Assembly (NCBI GenBank): GCA_033851875.1
Contig: JAWSVN010000003.1
Location: 53-64,052 of the forward strand
DNA length: 64,000 bases
Direction: 5' to 3'
DNA from: Acidimicrobiales bacterium
GTDB taxonomy: Bacteria; Actinomycetota; Acidimicrobiia; Acidimicrobiales; SZUA-35
Translations under genes and position numbers: made by a program
The notes under the pieces: generated by a model
What the model saw: only the letters and a program-made list of their open reading frames with translations
Database searches by the model: none
What the model was told of the DNA's origin: nothing
Shown: piece after piece, positions 8,875 through 17,422 of the stretch
Numbering within the stretch: position 1 is the first letter of the stretch
Layout: each line of letters begins with the position of its first letter

Positions 8875-11800
8875 CGGCCTCGGTCACCTCGTTGGTCGAC
8901 CACGTCTCGCGCCAGACGATCACCGGCGACCTCGAGCGAACCCTCTTCGTCGAGGCCGGCGCCGGCTCGGGCAAGACCACCGCGGTCGTGGCCCGGGTCG
9001 TCGAGTTGGTCCGCAGTGGCGTCGACGTCGACCACATCGCCGCCATCACCTTCACCGAGGCGGCGGCGAGCGAGCTACGGATCCGGGTTCGTGATCAGCT
9101 CGAGGAAGAGGGTCGCCGCGCCGATGACCGTCGCCTGCTCGACGCCGCCGCCCGGGTCGAGAGCGCAGCGTTCACCACGCTCCACGGGTTCGCCCTCCAG
9201 CTCCTCACCGACCATCCGGTCGAGGCCGGCCTGCCCCCGGGCTTCGGGGTGGCCGACGAGATCTCGTCGATCCTGGGGTTCGAGGACGCATGGCGGGTGT
9301 TCAGCGGGCGCATGGGCGACGACCTCGACCTGCTCGAGCTCCAGGCCCGGGCCGCCGTTCTGGGATGCGAACTCAAGAAGTTCGTCGATGTCGCCCACCG
9401 CTTCGACGACAACTGGGACCTCCTGGGCGACCTCGACATCGAACCCCCGCCGCTGCCGCCCCTCGACTTCACCGCGATCCTCGACCAGCTGCGCGACCTC
9501 GCGGCGATGCGGTCCGGCTGCCGGGTCGCCGGCGACAAGCTGGGCGATGCCCTCGAGTTGCTCGACGACACGATCGCCGAGATGGAGGCCGCCGAGCCCC
9601 TCGACCAGCTCGCCCGTCTCGACCACAGCCTCACGCCGAAGATCAACGCGGGTAAGGCCACCAACTGGGGATCGCCGTCGGTCGTAGAGGTCAAGGACGC
9701 CGTGCGGGCCGCGAGGGAGGCGATCGACGCCACCGCGGCGGTCCACAAGGCCGCCGTCGTGCGCCACCTGGGTCACCACGTGGCCCGCTTCGTGCATGAA
9801 CGCGTCGAGGCCCGGCGAGCCGAGGGCGAGCTGTCGTTCCACGACCTCCTCGTCCTCGCTCGGCGACTCCTCCGCTCCGACGAGCAGGTCCGCCAACGGC
9901 TCCACCAGCGCTACCGGCGCATCCTGCTCGACGAGTTCCAGGACACCGACCCGATCCAGATCGAGGTGGCGGTGTTGCTCGCCGTGCCCGACCCGCCCGG
10001 CGAGCGTCCGTGGCTCGAGCTGGCGCCCGCGATCCCGCCTGGCCGCCTCGTGGTCGTCGGCGACCCCAAGCAGTCGATCTACCGGTTCCGTCGCGCCGAC
10101 ATCGGCACCTACAGCCAGGCCGAGCTGGCCCTCGTCGACGAACCCACCAAGCTGGTCACCAACTTTCGATCGGTGCCCGGCATCGTCCAGTTCGTCAACG
10201 CGGTGTTCGACGCCCAGATGGGCGAGGGGGAACAGAACGCTCAACCCGCCTACACCGCCCTGACCCCGGCCCGACCTCCCTGCCCCGACGGCGGCGGGAT
10301 CGTCCGGGTGATCGGTCGCCCCGACGACAGCGAGTCGGTGAGCGAGCTCCGTCGCCGCGAGGCGACCGACGTCGCTGCCGTCGCCTGCCGGGTCATCGAC
10401 GAAGGCTGGCTGGTCGAGCGCGACGGGGCCTGGGCGCCGGCCCGTCTCGGCGACATCGCGGTGCTGATCCCGTCCCGGCTGTCGTTGCCGTCGCTCGAGT
10501 CGGCGTTCGCCGCCGCCAACGTACCGTTCCGGCCCGAGACGAGCTCCCTCGTCTACGCCACCCAGGAGGTGCGCGAGGTGATGGCCGCCGTGCGGGCCGT
10601 CGCCGACTCGGCCAACGCCGTCGACGTGGTGGCCGCCCTGCGGTCGTCGCTGTTCGCCGTGGGTGACGCCGAACTCCTGGCATGGCACGGCGCCAGCGGC
10701 GGGTGGGACTATCGGGTCGACCACCCCGAGGCCGTGTCGGCGCTCGGAGCCGAGCACCCGGTGGCGCGGGCCTACGGCGTGCTGCGCTCGTGGCGCGAGC
10801 GGCGCTGGTGGGACGAGCCGGCGGCGCTGATCGACCGGATCATCGTCGAGCGACGTCTCCGCGAACAGGCCCTGGCTGCCGAGCGGCCCCGCGATCGGTG
10901 GCGGCGCTACCGCTTCCTCACCGAACAGGCCCGCCAGTTCGCCGCCACCCAGGCCGGCGACCTCCTCGATTTCGTGGCCTGGGTCGAGATCCAGAGCTCG
11001 GAGTCGGCGCGGGTCACCGAACCGATCCCGGCCGAACCCGACGACGACGCCGTGCGCGTCCTGACCATCCACGGCTCGAAGGGGCTCGAGTTCCCGATCG
11101 TCGTGCTCGCCGGCGCCCCGACCCAGGAGACCAACCGGCGACCGGGGCCGAAGGTCGTCTTCGGCGAGGACGGTGCCCCGCCCGAGGTGTCGCTCGGTGG
11201 CGACCGGTCGACGGCCCAGTTCGAGGCCCGCGCCGCCGTCGAGGAGCTGCTCGACGCCCACGAGCGGATCCGCCTCCACTACGTCGCTGCGACCCGGGCC
11301 CGAGATCACCTCGTGGTCAGCGCTCACCACCGGGTCGGACGCCGTTGCATCGGCGCCCGCACGTGGGAGTCGATCCAGGACCTCGACGGCTGGGAACCGT
11401 TCGAGGCTCGAGGCGACGAACGCTACGACGCCTCGCCGCCGACGCAGCTGCGACTCGCCGGCGACGACTTCGCCACCGAACTCGCCATCTTCCGCCGCGA
11501 ACAGGCGGTGCTGGTCGCCGATGCGGCCGCCCGCTCGTCGACCTCCGCGACGGCGGTGGCCCATGCGCCGGACCCGGATGACATCCGCCCGCCGGCCGCG
11601 GCGCAGCGGGTCGTCGTCGATCCGGCCGACACCGAGCGGGAGTCGTGGCGGCGCGGCCGCGCCGGCTCCGCCTTCGGGTCCGCCGTCCACGCCGTGTTGC
11701 AACACCTCGACCTCGCCACCGGCGACGGTCTCGCCGACCTCGCCCGTCTCCACGCCGCGGAGGAAGGGCTCCCCCACCTGGCCGACGAGGTGGCGGCGCG

Positions 11801-12191
11801 CGCCGATCTCGTCCGGACGTGCGACGTGATCGTCGAGGCCGCAGGGGTCCGGCACTGGCGTGAGCTCTACCTGGCCTTCCCCGTCGTCGACGGGGGCACG
11901 GTCGTCGAGGGCTACGTCGACCTCGTCTACGAGCGACCCGACGGCCTGGTCGTCGTCGACTTCAAGACCGACTGGCTCCCGGCCGACGACGACGCCGCCG
12001 AGGCCGCCATCGATCGGCTCATGTCGTCGTATCGGCTCCAGGGCGCCACCTACGCCCTCGGCCTCGAGCAGGTGACCGGCCGCCCGGTCGTCGACTGCGT
12101 GTTCCTGTTCGCCACGCCGGAAGGGGTGCGCACCCGTCGCGTCGATGACCTCGACAACGCTCGGGTTGCGGTGCAAGATCGTCTGCGATGA
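8871..12191 (+). CDS. AddA/AdnB-like UvrD-family helicase with C-terminal RecB-type nuclease
   Basis: Shows Walker A (AGAGSGKT), LLDEFQDTDP, VGDPKQSIYRFRRAD and a C-terminal nuclease motif (VDLVYERPDGLVVVDFKTD). The ATG at 8871 overlaps the upstream stop (ATGA). Confidence 0.85.
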   Translation: MTASVTSLVDHVSRQTITGDLERTLFVEAGAGSGKTTAVVARVVELVRSGVDVDHIAAITFTEAAASELRIRVRDQLEEEGRRADDRRLLDAAARVESAAFTTLHGFALQLLTDHPVEAGLPPGFGVADEISSILGFEDAWRVFSGRMGDDLDLLELQARAAVLGCELKKFVDVAHRFDDNWDLLGDLDIEPPPLPPLDFTAILDQLRDLAAMRSGCRVAGDKLGDALELLDDTIAEMEAAEPLDQLARLDHSLTPKINAGKATNWGSPSVVEVKDAVRAAREAIDATAAVHKAAVVRHLGHHVARFVHERVEARRAEGELSFHDLLVLARRLLRSDEQVRQRLHQRYRRILLDEFQDTDPIQIEVAVLLAVPDPPGERPWLELAPAIPPGRLVVVGDPKQSIYRFRRADIGTYSQAELALVDEPTKLVTNFRSVPGIVQFVNAVFDAQMGEGEQNAQPAYTALTPARPPCPDGGGIVRVIGRPDDSESVSELRRREATDVAAVACRVIDEGWLVERDGAWAPARLGDIAVLIPSRLSLPSLESAFAAANVPFRPETSSLVYATQEVREVMAAVRAVADSANAVDVVAALRSSLFAVGDAELLAWHGASGGWDYRVDHPEAVSALGAEHPVARAYGVLRSWRERRWWDEPAALIDRIIVERRLREQALAAERPRDRWRRYRFLTEQARQFAATQAGDLLDFVAWVEIQSSESARVTEPIPAEPDDDAVRVLTIHGSKGLEFPIVVLAGAPTQETNRRPGPKVVFGEDGAPPEVSLGGDRSTAQFEARAAVEELLDAHERIRLHYVAATRARDHLVVSAHHRVGRRCIGARTWESIQDLDGWEPFEARGDERYDASPPTQLRLAGDDFATELAIFRREQAVLVADAAARSSTSATAVAHAPDPDDIRPPAAAQRVVVDPADTERESWRRGRAGSAFGSAVHAVLQHLDLATGDGLADLARLHAAEEGLPHLADEVAARADLVRTCDVIVEAAGVRHWRELYLAFPVVDGGTVVEGYVDLVYERPDGLVVVDFKTDWLPADDDAAEAAIDRLMSSYRLQGATYALGLEQVTGRPVVDCVFLFATPEGVRTRRVDDLDNARVAVQDRLR

Positions 12192-13351
12192 ATCGAGGAG
12201 GGAAGACCGACCGCCGAGCCTGGCGCTGGCTCGGGGTGTCGGTGCTCGTCGCCGCCTGCGGCAGTACGGGCGCAGCGCCGTCGTCGACGACGGCGCCCGC
12301 GACGACCACTGCCCTCACGAGCACATCGACGGCGCCCACGACGACGGCTGCCTCCAGCACGACGGCGCCGATGACGACACCGCCTCCTCCCGAGCCGGTG
12401 ACGATCGCGATCGCCGGTGACACGAGCTTCACCGACGGGCTCCACACCGCCGATCCGCTCGGCCAGATCGCCGACGTGCTCGCCGGCTACGACTACGCGA
12501 TGGTCAATCTCGAGACCGCGGTCGCCGACCCGGGCGTCGGCTCGCCGCCGGTGGCGAAGCGGTTCCTGTTCCGCTCACCGCCCGAGTCGCTCGACCTCCT
12601 CGTGGCCGCCGGCGTCGATGGGGTGACGCTCGGCAACAACCACGTCCTCGACTACGGCGTCGACGCCGTCGCCCAGACCCTCGTCGAGCTCGACTCCCGC
12701 GGCATCGACCGGGTCGGGGCCGGCAACGACGAAGCCGAGGCCTACACACCGCTGATCGTCGAAGTGGGGGAGTGGCGGGTCGCCATCCACTCGTTCAGCC
12801 GGGTGCCCTGCGATTGGTCGGCCCAGGGCGAGAATCTCCGCCCCCAGGTCGCCTGGGCGTGCCCACCCTTCCTCGAGCGGGCCGACGCCGAGATCATCGA
12901 GGCGATGGTCGACGCCGATGTCACGATCGTCAACGTGCACGGCGGCGCGGAGGGCGAGCTGTGCCCGTCGGACTTCATGGTCGACCTCTACGACCACTGG
13001 GCGGCGCTCGGGGTCGACGCCGTGGTGAGCGGTCATCCCCACGTGGTGCAAGGGGTGCGCGTCATCGACGACACGTCGGTGGCGCTCAGCACGGGCAACT
13101 TCGCCTTCCCGCCGGCGCGAGGCCTCACGGCGAACTCGATCATCGTCGAGCTGACGATCAGCGGCGTGCCGGGCGCGGCCGACGTCGAGCTGTCGATCCT
13201 GCCCGTGCGCGCCGACGGCGGGGTGGTGCGACCGGCGTCCGAAGCCCGGCACACCGAGATTCTCGAGCAGGTCAACCGGCACAGCTCTGGGGCGCGGCTC
13301 GACGCCGACGGGCGTCTCGTCGTCGACCCGTCACACGACGGGGTCTGTTGA
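12188..13351 (+). CDS. CapA/PgsA-family metallophosphatase-fold lipoprotein
   Basis: Has a signal peptide plus lipobox (LVAACGS), a Thr/Pro/Ala-rich linker, and then IAIAGDTSF...LGNNHVLDYG...HGGAEG...SGHPH, typical of the CapA family. The ATG overlaps the addA-like stop (ATGA). Confidence 0.8.
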   Translation: MNRGGKTDRRAWRWLGVSVLVAACGSTGAAPSSTTAPATTTALTSTSTAPTTTAASSTTAPMTTPPPPEPVTIAIAGDTSFTDGLHTADPLGQIADVLAGYDYAMVNLETAVADPGVGSPPVAKRFLFRSPPESLDLLVAAGVDGVTLGNNHVLDYGVDAVAQTLVELDSRGIDRVGAGNDEAEAYTPLIVEVGEWRVAIHSFSRVPCDWSAQGENLRPQVAWACPPFLERADAEIIEAMVDADVTIVNVHGGAEGELCPSDFMVDLYDHWAALGVDAVVSGHPHVVQGVRVIDDTSVALSTGNFAFPPARGLTANSIIVELTISGVPGAADVELSILPVRADGGVVRPASEARHTEILEQVNRHSSGARLDADGRLVVDPSHDGVC

Positions 13352-13384
13352 CCCGACCTTCGGCCGGGGCGGGACTCGGACGGG

Positions 13385-13555
13385 CTAGCGAAGGTGCCCG
13401 CAGGCGCTGCACGGCGACGGGCCGTAGTGCGTCACGTGATCGGTCCACGTGCGCCCGTCGAAGTATCGCTTCGCGTGCTCGTCCATCGGGTCGTCGTGCC
13501 ACCCCGCCTGGATGGGCTCGACTCGTTTCGTCCGGGAAGTCTCCAGGATCGTCAT
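13385..13555 (-). CDS. Small DUF2510-motif protein (56 aa), not in the ORF track
   Basis: Hand translation: MTILETSRTKRVEPIQAGWHDDPMDEHAKRYFDGRTWTDHVTHYGPSPCSACGHLR*. GC3 is high, GAGGA lies 12 nt upstream of the ATG, and the GW-x-DP...RY(F/W)DG..WT motif matches DUF2510. Confidence 0.55.
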   Translation of the reverse strand: MTILETSRTKRVEPIQAGWHDDPMDEHAKRYFDGRTWTDHVTHYGPSPCSACGHLR

Positions 13556-13721
13556 CTTGTTTCACATCCTCGTTGATGCTGACAGCCGCCTGACCGCCTG
13601 CAACCGTTGGATCGGTGAACGAGCTCGCCATTGAGTTCGCCCACGGTGGGTTCGATCCCCCAGTTATCGTCGCAGGCTACGGAACCTTGAGCGTCCGGGA
13701 AAGGACCCCGGGTGTTTTCAC

Positions 13722-14555
13722 TCAGGCGACGAGGACGGCGGCCGGGGCGTGAGCCGGGAGCTTGCCGGCGGCCTGCCGGCGGGCGAGCTCGGCCTGGCCC
13801 TCGGGGCAGCGCTCGGCGAAGGGGCACCAGCCGCACAGGACCGTGGTGCGAGGGGCGAACGTCTCGGAGGTGCACGCCTCGTTGATCGCCGACCAGGTGT
13901 CGTTGAGCTTGGCGACGGCGGCCTCGACCTTGCGGGGCGTGACGGTCACCTCGAGCATCTTCTGGCCGAGATAGAGCAGGCGAGCCTGATCGGGCTGTTC
14001 GTCCCCCGACGCCTCGATGGCGGCGGCGTAGAGCATGACCTGCTGATACTTGTCGTCGCGGAATCGGACGCCGGGGAGCGTGCCCGACTTGTAGTCCGAC
14101 ACGACGAGCCGGCCCTTGATCCGGTCGAGGCGGTCGACGATGCCGAGGAACGGCACCCCGTCGAGATCGGCGGTGATCTTCTGCTCGGTCGCCACCACCT
14201 CGACCGTGGCCGGGTCTTCGAGCTCCCACAGCCCGGCGATCGCCAGCCACGCCTTCCACCGGAAGGCGCGCGCATCGTCGTCGGCCAGCTCGAGGGCGAG
14301 GAAGTCGTCGTGGGTCTCGACCGTGGGCCACAGCTGCCGGGCCAACTCCTTGGCCCGATCGAGGGTGCGCTCGACGGGATCGAACTGGCAGAGGTGTTCG
14401 AGCACCTCGTGGACGAACGTGCCGACCACCGCGGCCTCGCCCGGCGGGTCGGGCAGACGCTCGACGTACTTGAAGTGCCAGCGGCGCGGGCAACCGTCGA
14501 AGGCGCTCGCCGACGACGGCGACAGGTATGCCGGGACCTCGACCATGCGACCCAT
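13722..14555 (-). CDS. PD-(D/E)XK RecB-family exonuclease (Cas4-like, 4-Cys)
   Basis: Shows FDGCPRRWHFKYV, GIVDRLD...VVSDYKSG...QQVMLYA and a C-terminal CGWCPFAERC. The start could be ATG 14555, ATG 14546 or TTG 14576. Confidence 0.8.
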   Translation of the reverse strand: MGRMVEVPAYLSPSSASAFDGCPRRWHFKYVERLPDPPGEAAVVGTFVHEVLEHLCQFDPVERTLDRAKELARQLWPTVETHDDFLALELADDDARAFRWKAWLAIAGLWELEDPATVEVVATEQKITADLDGVPFLGIVDRLDRIKGRLVVSDYKSGTLPGVRFRDDKYQQVMLYAAAIEASGDEQPDQARLLYLGQKMLEVTVTPRKVEAAVAKLNDTWSAINEACTSETFAPRTTVLCGWCPFAERCPEGQAELARRQAAGKLPAHAPAAVLVA

Positions 14556-14670
14556 GGTGCCGGATCGGTGTGACAATCACGCGGATCGCGACCTGTTGCG
14601 GGTTCCCGAGCCGGTCGCCTGTCGATGAGCCGGTCGCTCACAGGCACGATGGGACGGCCGATGGGAGCCG

Positions 14671-16095
14671 ATGTCCAGGGTGGCCATGGAGGCGTCGCGA
14701 CGGGTGGCCGAGCCGGTGGCCGCCACGACCCGAGCGCCGCGGACCGGCGAAGGACTCACCGTCGGGCCGATGGCCCCGGTCCTCGTAGCCGCAGCGAGCC
14801 TGCTCTTCACCGCGGTCTACGTCGTGATGGGAGCCGGGTACGTCCTGGACGACTGGTACACCCTGGCCAACGGTCGACTCGACGGCGCGACCAGCGCGGT
14901 CGCGGCCGACCAATGGCGAGCCCGACCCGGCACGGGGGTCGTGTCGACGCTCGTGTTCGGTCCGCTGGGAGGGCACCCCGGCTGGACCGCGATGATCCAA
15001 GGCTTGGTGAGCGCGGCCACGGCCGCGCTCCTGGTCGTCACCGCTCGACGATTCGTCTCCCCCGGTCGAGCGGCCGCGATCGGCCTGTTCTGGGCGGTGT
15101 TGCCGACCCACACCTCACTCGTCATGTGGCCGTCGGCTGCCAACATCGGCCTCTCGACCCTGCTCGGGGTCGCCGCGGTGCGTTGGTTGGCCGACGAGCG
15201 TCGCAGCCGCCACGCCCTCGCGCTGATCGCGCTGGCCATCGGCATCCTCTGCTACGAGGCCCTCGCTCCGTTCGCGGCTGCGGTGACCCTCGCCGTTCCG
15301 TGGGTCCGTCGTCGTCGGCCCGACGTCTCGCTCACCTTCGCCGGTGCGGTCGTGATCGGCGGAGCGACCGGCTGGATCCTGCTGCACTGGAACTCCTCGA
15401 AGGACCTCAAGCACACCCCGGACCTCGGCCTCGCGCTCACCGGGCACTTCGGAGAGGGAGCCGTCGGGGTCGGGACGATGGGGGTCGTGGTGGCGGGGCT
15501 CGCCGCCGTCGGCATGTTCGCACTCGTCTGGTCGGCCGTCCGCCGCGACGAGGGCGCGTCGTTGGACCGCGATGCATGGTTGCTCCTCGCCGGTCTGGCG
15601 GTGATCGTCGTCGGGCTGGTCCCGTTCGCCCGCTACTTCTACGCCCCGTTCGGGCCCGGCGATCGCTTCCACTTCGTGTCGGGGATCGGCGGCGCGATGT
15701 GCTGGACGGCGCTGCTGGCCCGAACGGTCGCGCTCCGACGCGACCTCGGCTATGTCGTGGGTGCCGGTCTCCTGATCCTCGGGGCTGCCGCCCACGTTCG
15801 GCAAGCGAGTGTCTGGCACCGCGGCGGCGCCGACGCCGAGGAGATCCTCGACGCGATCGTCGCCCGCTGGCCCGAACCCCCCGATGAGCGGATCGTGCTC
15901 GGCCCCGCACCGATCATCGAGGCAGGGGTGGCGCCGTTCGTGAGCCGCTCGAACCTCGAGTACGCCCTCCGCTACCGCTACGGCACGACGGACGTGCGGG
16001 CAGGGGTCGCGCACCACGAGGACGACTTCGCGACCGTACCCGAGGCACTCCGAGTGGAGATCGGTCCGCTGTCATCGCTGAACCCGGACGACTGA
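14671..16095 (+). CDS. Polytopic membrane protein of unknown function (possibly GT-C-like)
   Basis: I read about 10 or more hydrophobic helices. This frame is preferred over the Arg-rich overlapping ORF 14625..15887. Confidence 0.6.
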   Translation: MSRVAMEASRRVAEPVAATTRAPRTGEGLTVGPMAPVLVAAASLLFTAVYVVMGAGYVLDDWYTLANGRLDGATSAVAADQWRARPGTGVVSTLVFGPLGGHPGWTAMIQGLVSAATAALLVVTARRFVSPGRAAAIGLFWAVLPTHTSLVMWPSAANIGLSTLLGVAAVRWLADERRSRHALALIALAIGILCYEALAPFAAAVTLAVPWVRRRRPDVSLTFAGAVVIGGATGWILLHWNSSKDLKHTPDLGLALTGHFGEGAVGVGTMGVVVAGLAAVGMFALVWSAVRRDEGASLDRDAWLLLAGLAVIVVGLVPFARYFYAPFGPGDRFHFVSGIGGAMCWTALLARTVALRRDLGYVVGAGLLILGAAAHVRQASVWHRGGADAEEILDAIVARWPEPPDERIVLGPAPIIEAGVAPFVSRSNLEYALRYRYGTTDVRAGVAHHEDDFATVPEALRVEIGPLSSLNPDD

Positions 16096-16102
16096 TGGTC
16101 CG

Positions 16103-17422
16103 CTACCCGGCGAGGTCGATGGGGCGCTCGCCCGAGGCCGCCAGGCTGGGGAGTACCGACGCAGCGTCGACGCCCATCCAGCCCTCGGCCAGGGCGCCGA
16201 GGTAGCGGTCGAAGCTCACGGTCGCGCGCAGGTTGCCGTCGGCATCGAGCTGGGCGAGCGACGGTGACTCGCCGAGCCGACGGACCTCACCCCATTCGCC
16301 AGGGCCGGCGACGAACATCGTCGACGCCGTCCCGTGATCCAGGCCGCTGTCGTTGGGTTCGACCCGACGCCCGAACTCGCTGATCGTGGCGATCAACACC
16401 CGGTCGGCGAGTCCGGCGGCGTCGAGCCGACGTCGGAACCCGTCGAGGGCGGCATCGATCTGGGCCATCAGCGAGTCGTGGCGCCACCGGTGGCCTTCGT
16501 GGGTGTCGAACCCCGACAATCGTGCCCGCACGATGCGGGTCCCGAGATCGGCATCGAGGAGGTCTGCGGCGGTGACCAGCTGGCGCCCGAGGTCGCCGCC
16601 GTCCTGGCGCATCTGGCGGGTCGCGTCGTCGTCGTTCTCGTCGGTGGCGACTGCGGCGAGACGGTCGGCGAGCGAGATCACCTGCTCGATCGAGGCGTCC
16701 CCGTACCCGGCCAGCACCTCGCGATAGGCGCTCGCCTGGAGCCAGTCCGGCTGTGACAGGAACCAGAGGTCGTCGATCCCCTGGAGGTGGGCGCCGACGG
16801 CCATCTCGCCGTCGAGATCCGGCGCAGCTCCGGCCACCGACACCGCTGCCAGTGGGCTCGTGCTGGCCAGACCGTCGGCAAGGCGGCCGAGGAACCCGTG
16901 GTCGAACCGGCTGGCACCATCGACGTCGCCCTGTCGCCAGCGACCGGCCATCTCGAAGTGGGACAGGTCCGGCGTGGCGGCCCCGACGCCCTCGACGGTG
17001 ACGAGACCCCGTTCGGCGGTGCGGGCCAGGGCAGGGTGCAGACCGACCTCGTCGTCGACGGCGATGACCGTGCCGGGGTCGTGGGCGAGGTCACCACGCA
17101 GGTCGTGGTAGCGCGAGTCGGCCGCCGGGACCAGCGTCGACAGTCCGTCGTTGCCGCCGTCGAGCTCGATGACGACGAGGACCCTGTCGCTCACCGCCCC
17201 CGGCAGCAGTCGGGCGCCCCCGGCGGCGACGGGCGCGGTGGAGGTCCGAGCTTCCGAGGCGGCGTGGCTGGTGTCGGTCCGGCAGGCGGTGAGCGCCACC
17301 CCACCGGCGGCGGCGAGAAGACGGGTGAGAACGTCGCGACGGGTGAGCACAGCGCGACGGGTGAGAGCAGCGCGAGGGGTGAGGGTCGATCCGGCCCGGG
17401 CGCGAGTGGTCGGTGTGGTCAT
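16103..17422 (-). CDS. DUF1501 domain protein (sulfatase-like fold, Tat signal)
   Basis: Twin-arginine N-terminus, GGNDGLSTLVP and SGFDTHEGH motifs. A 4-nt start/stop overlap with the upstream DUF1800 gene matches the classical DUF1800-DUF1501 pair. Confidence 0.85.
   Translation of the reverse strand: MTTPTTRARAGSTLTPRAALTRRAVLTRRDVLTRLLAAAGGVALTACRTDTSHAASEARTSTAPVAAGGARLLPGAVSDRVLVVIELDGGNDGLSTLVPAADSRYHDLRGDLAHDPGTVIAVDDEVGLHPALARTAERGLVTVEGVGAATPDLSHFEMAGRWRQGDVDGASRFDHGFLGRLADGLASTSPLAAVSVAGAAPDLDGEMAVGAHLQGIDDLWFLSQPDWLQASAYREVLAGYGDASIEQVISLADRLAAVATDENDDDATRQMRQDGGDLGRQLVTAADLLDADLGTRIVRARLSGFDTHEGHRWRHDSLMAQIDAALDGFRRRLDAAGLADRVLIATISEFGRRVEPNDSGLDHGTASTMFVAGPGEWGEVRRLGESPSLAQLDADGNLRATVSFDRYLGALAEGWMGVDAASVLPSLAASGERPIDLAG
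17321..17392 (-). repeat. 18-bp tandem repeat (about 3.7 units) inside the DUF1501 signal-peptide coding region
   Basis: Units are acgggtgagaacgtcgcg, acgggtgagcacagcgcg, acgggtgagagcagcgcg and aggggtgagggtcgatcc. They encode LTPRAA-LTRRAV-LTRRDV-LTRLLA. Confidence 0.85.

Noticed and set aside
9075-12176. 1033-aa minus-strand ORF
   Set aside because: It is antisense shadow of the AddA-like helicase gene, which has unambiguous Walker A, UvrD and RecB-nuclease motifs.
12260-12400. Thr/Pro/Ala-rich repetitive coding stretch in the CapA-like gene
   Set aside because: This is a low-complexity linker after a lipoprotein signal peptide, common in actinobacterial exported proteins, and not a discrete repeat element.
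13394-13634. Plus-strand ORFs 13394..13576 and 13449..13634, and minus ORF 13272..13631
   Set aside because: Their codon usage is poor and they carry no motifs. The DUF2510 mini-ORF in a different minus-strand frame explains the coding signal better.
13630-13670. tRNA-like T-loop sequence GGTGGGTTCGATCCCCC; possible tRNA or att-site remnant
   Set aside because: Only a 3-bp T-stem can form. No matching acceptor stem, D-arm or anticodon arm could be folded on either strand. No integrase or other mobile gene is adjacent. It could still be a very old tRNA 3' fragment, and a tRNAscan/BLASTN check would settle it.
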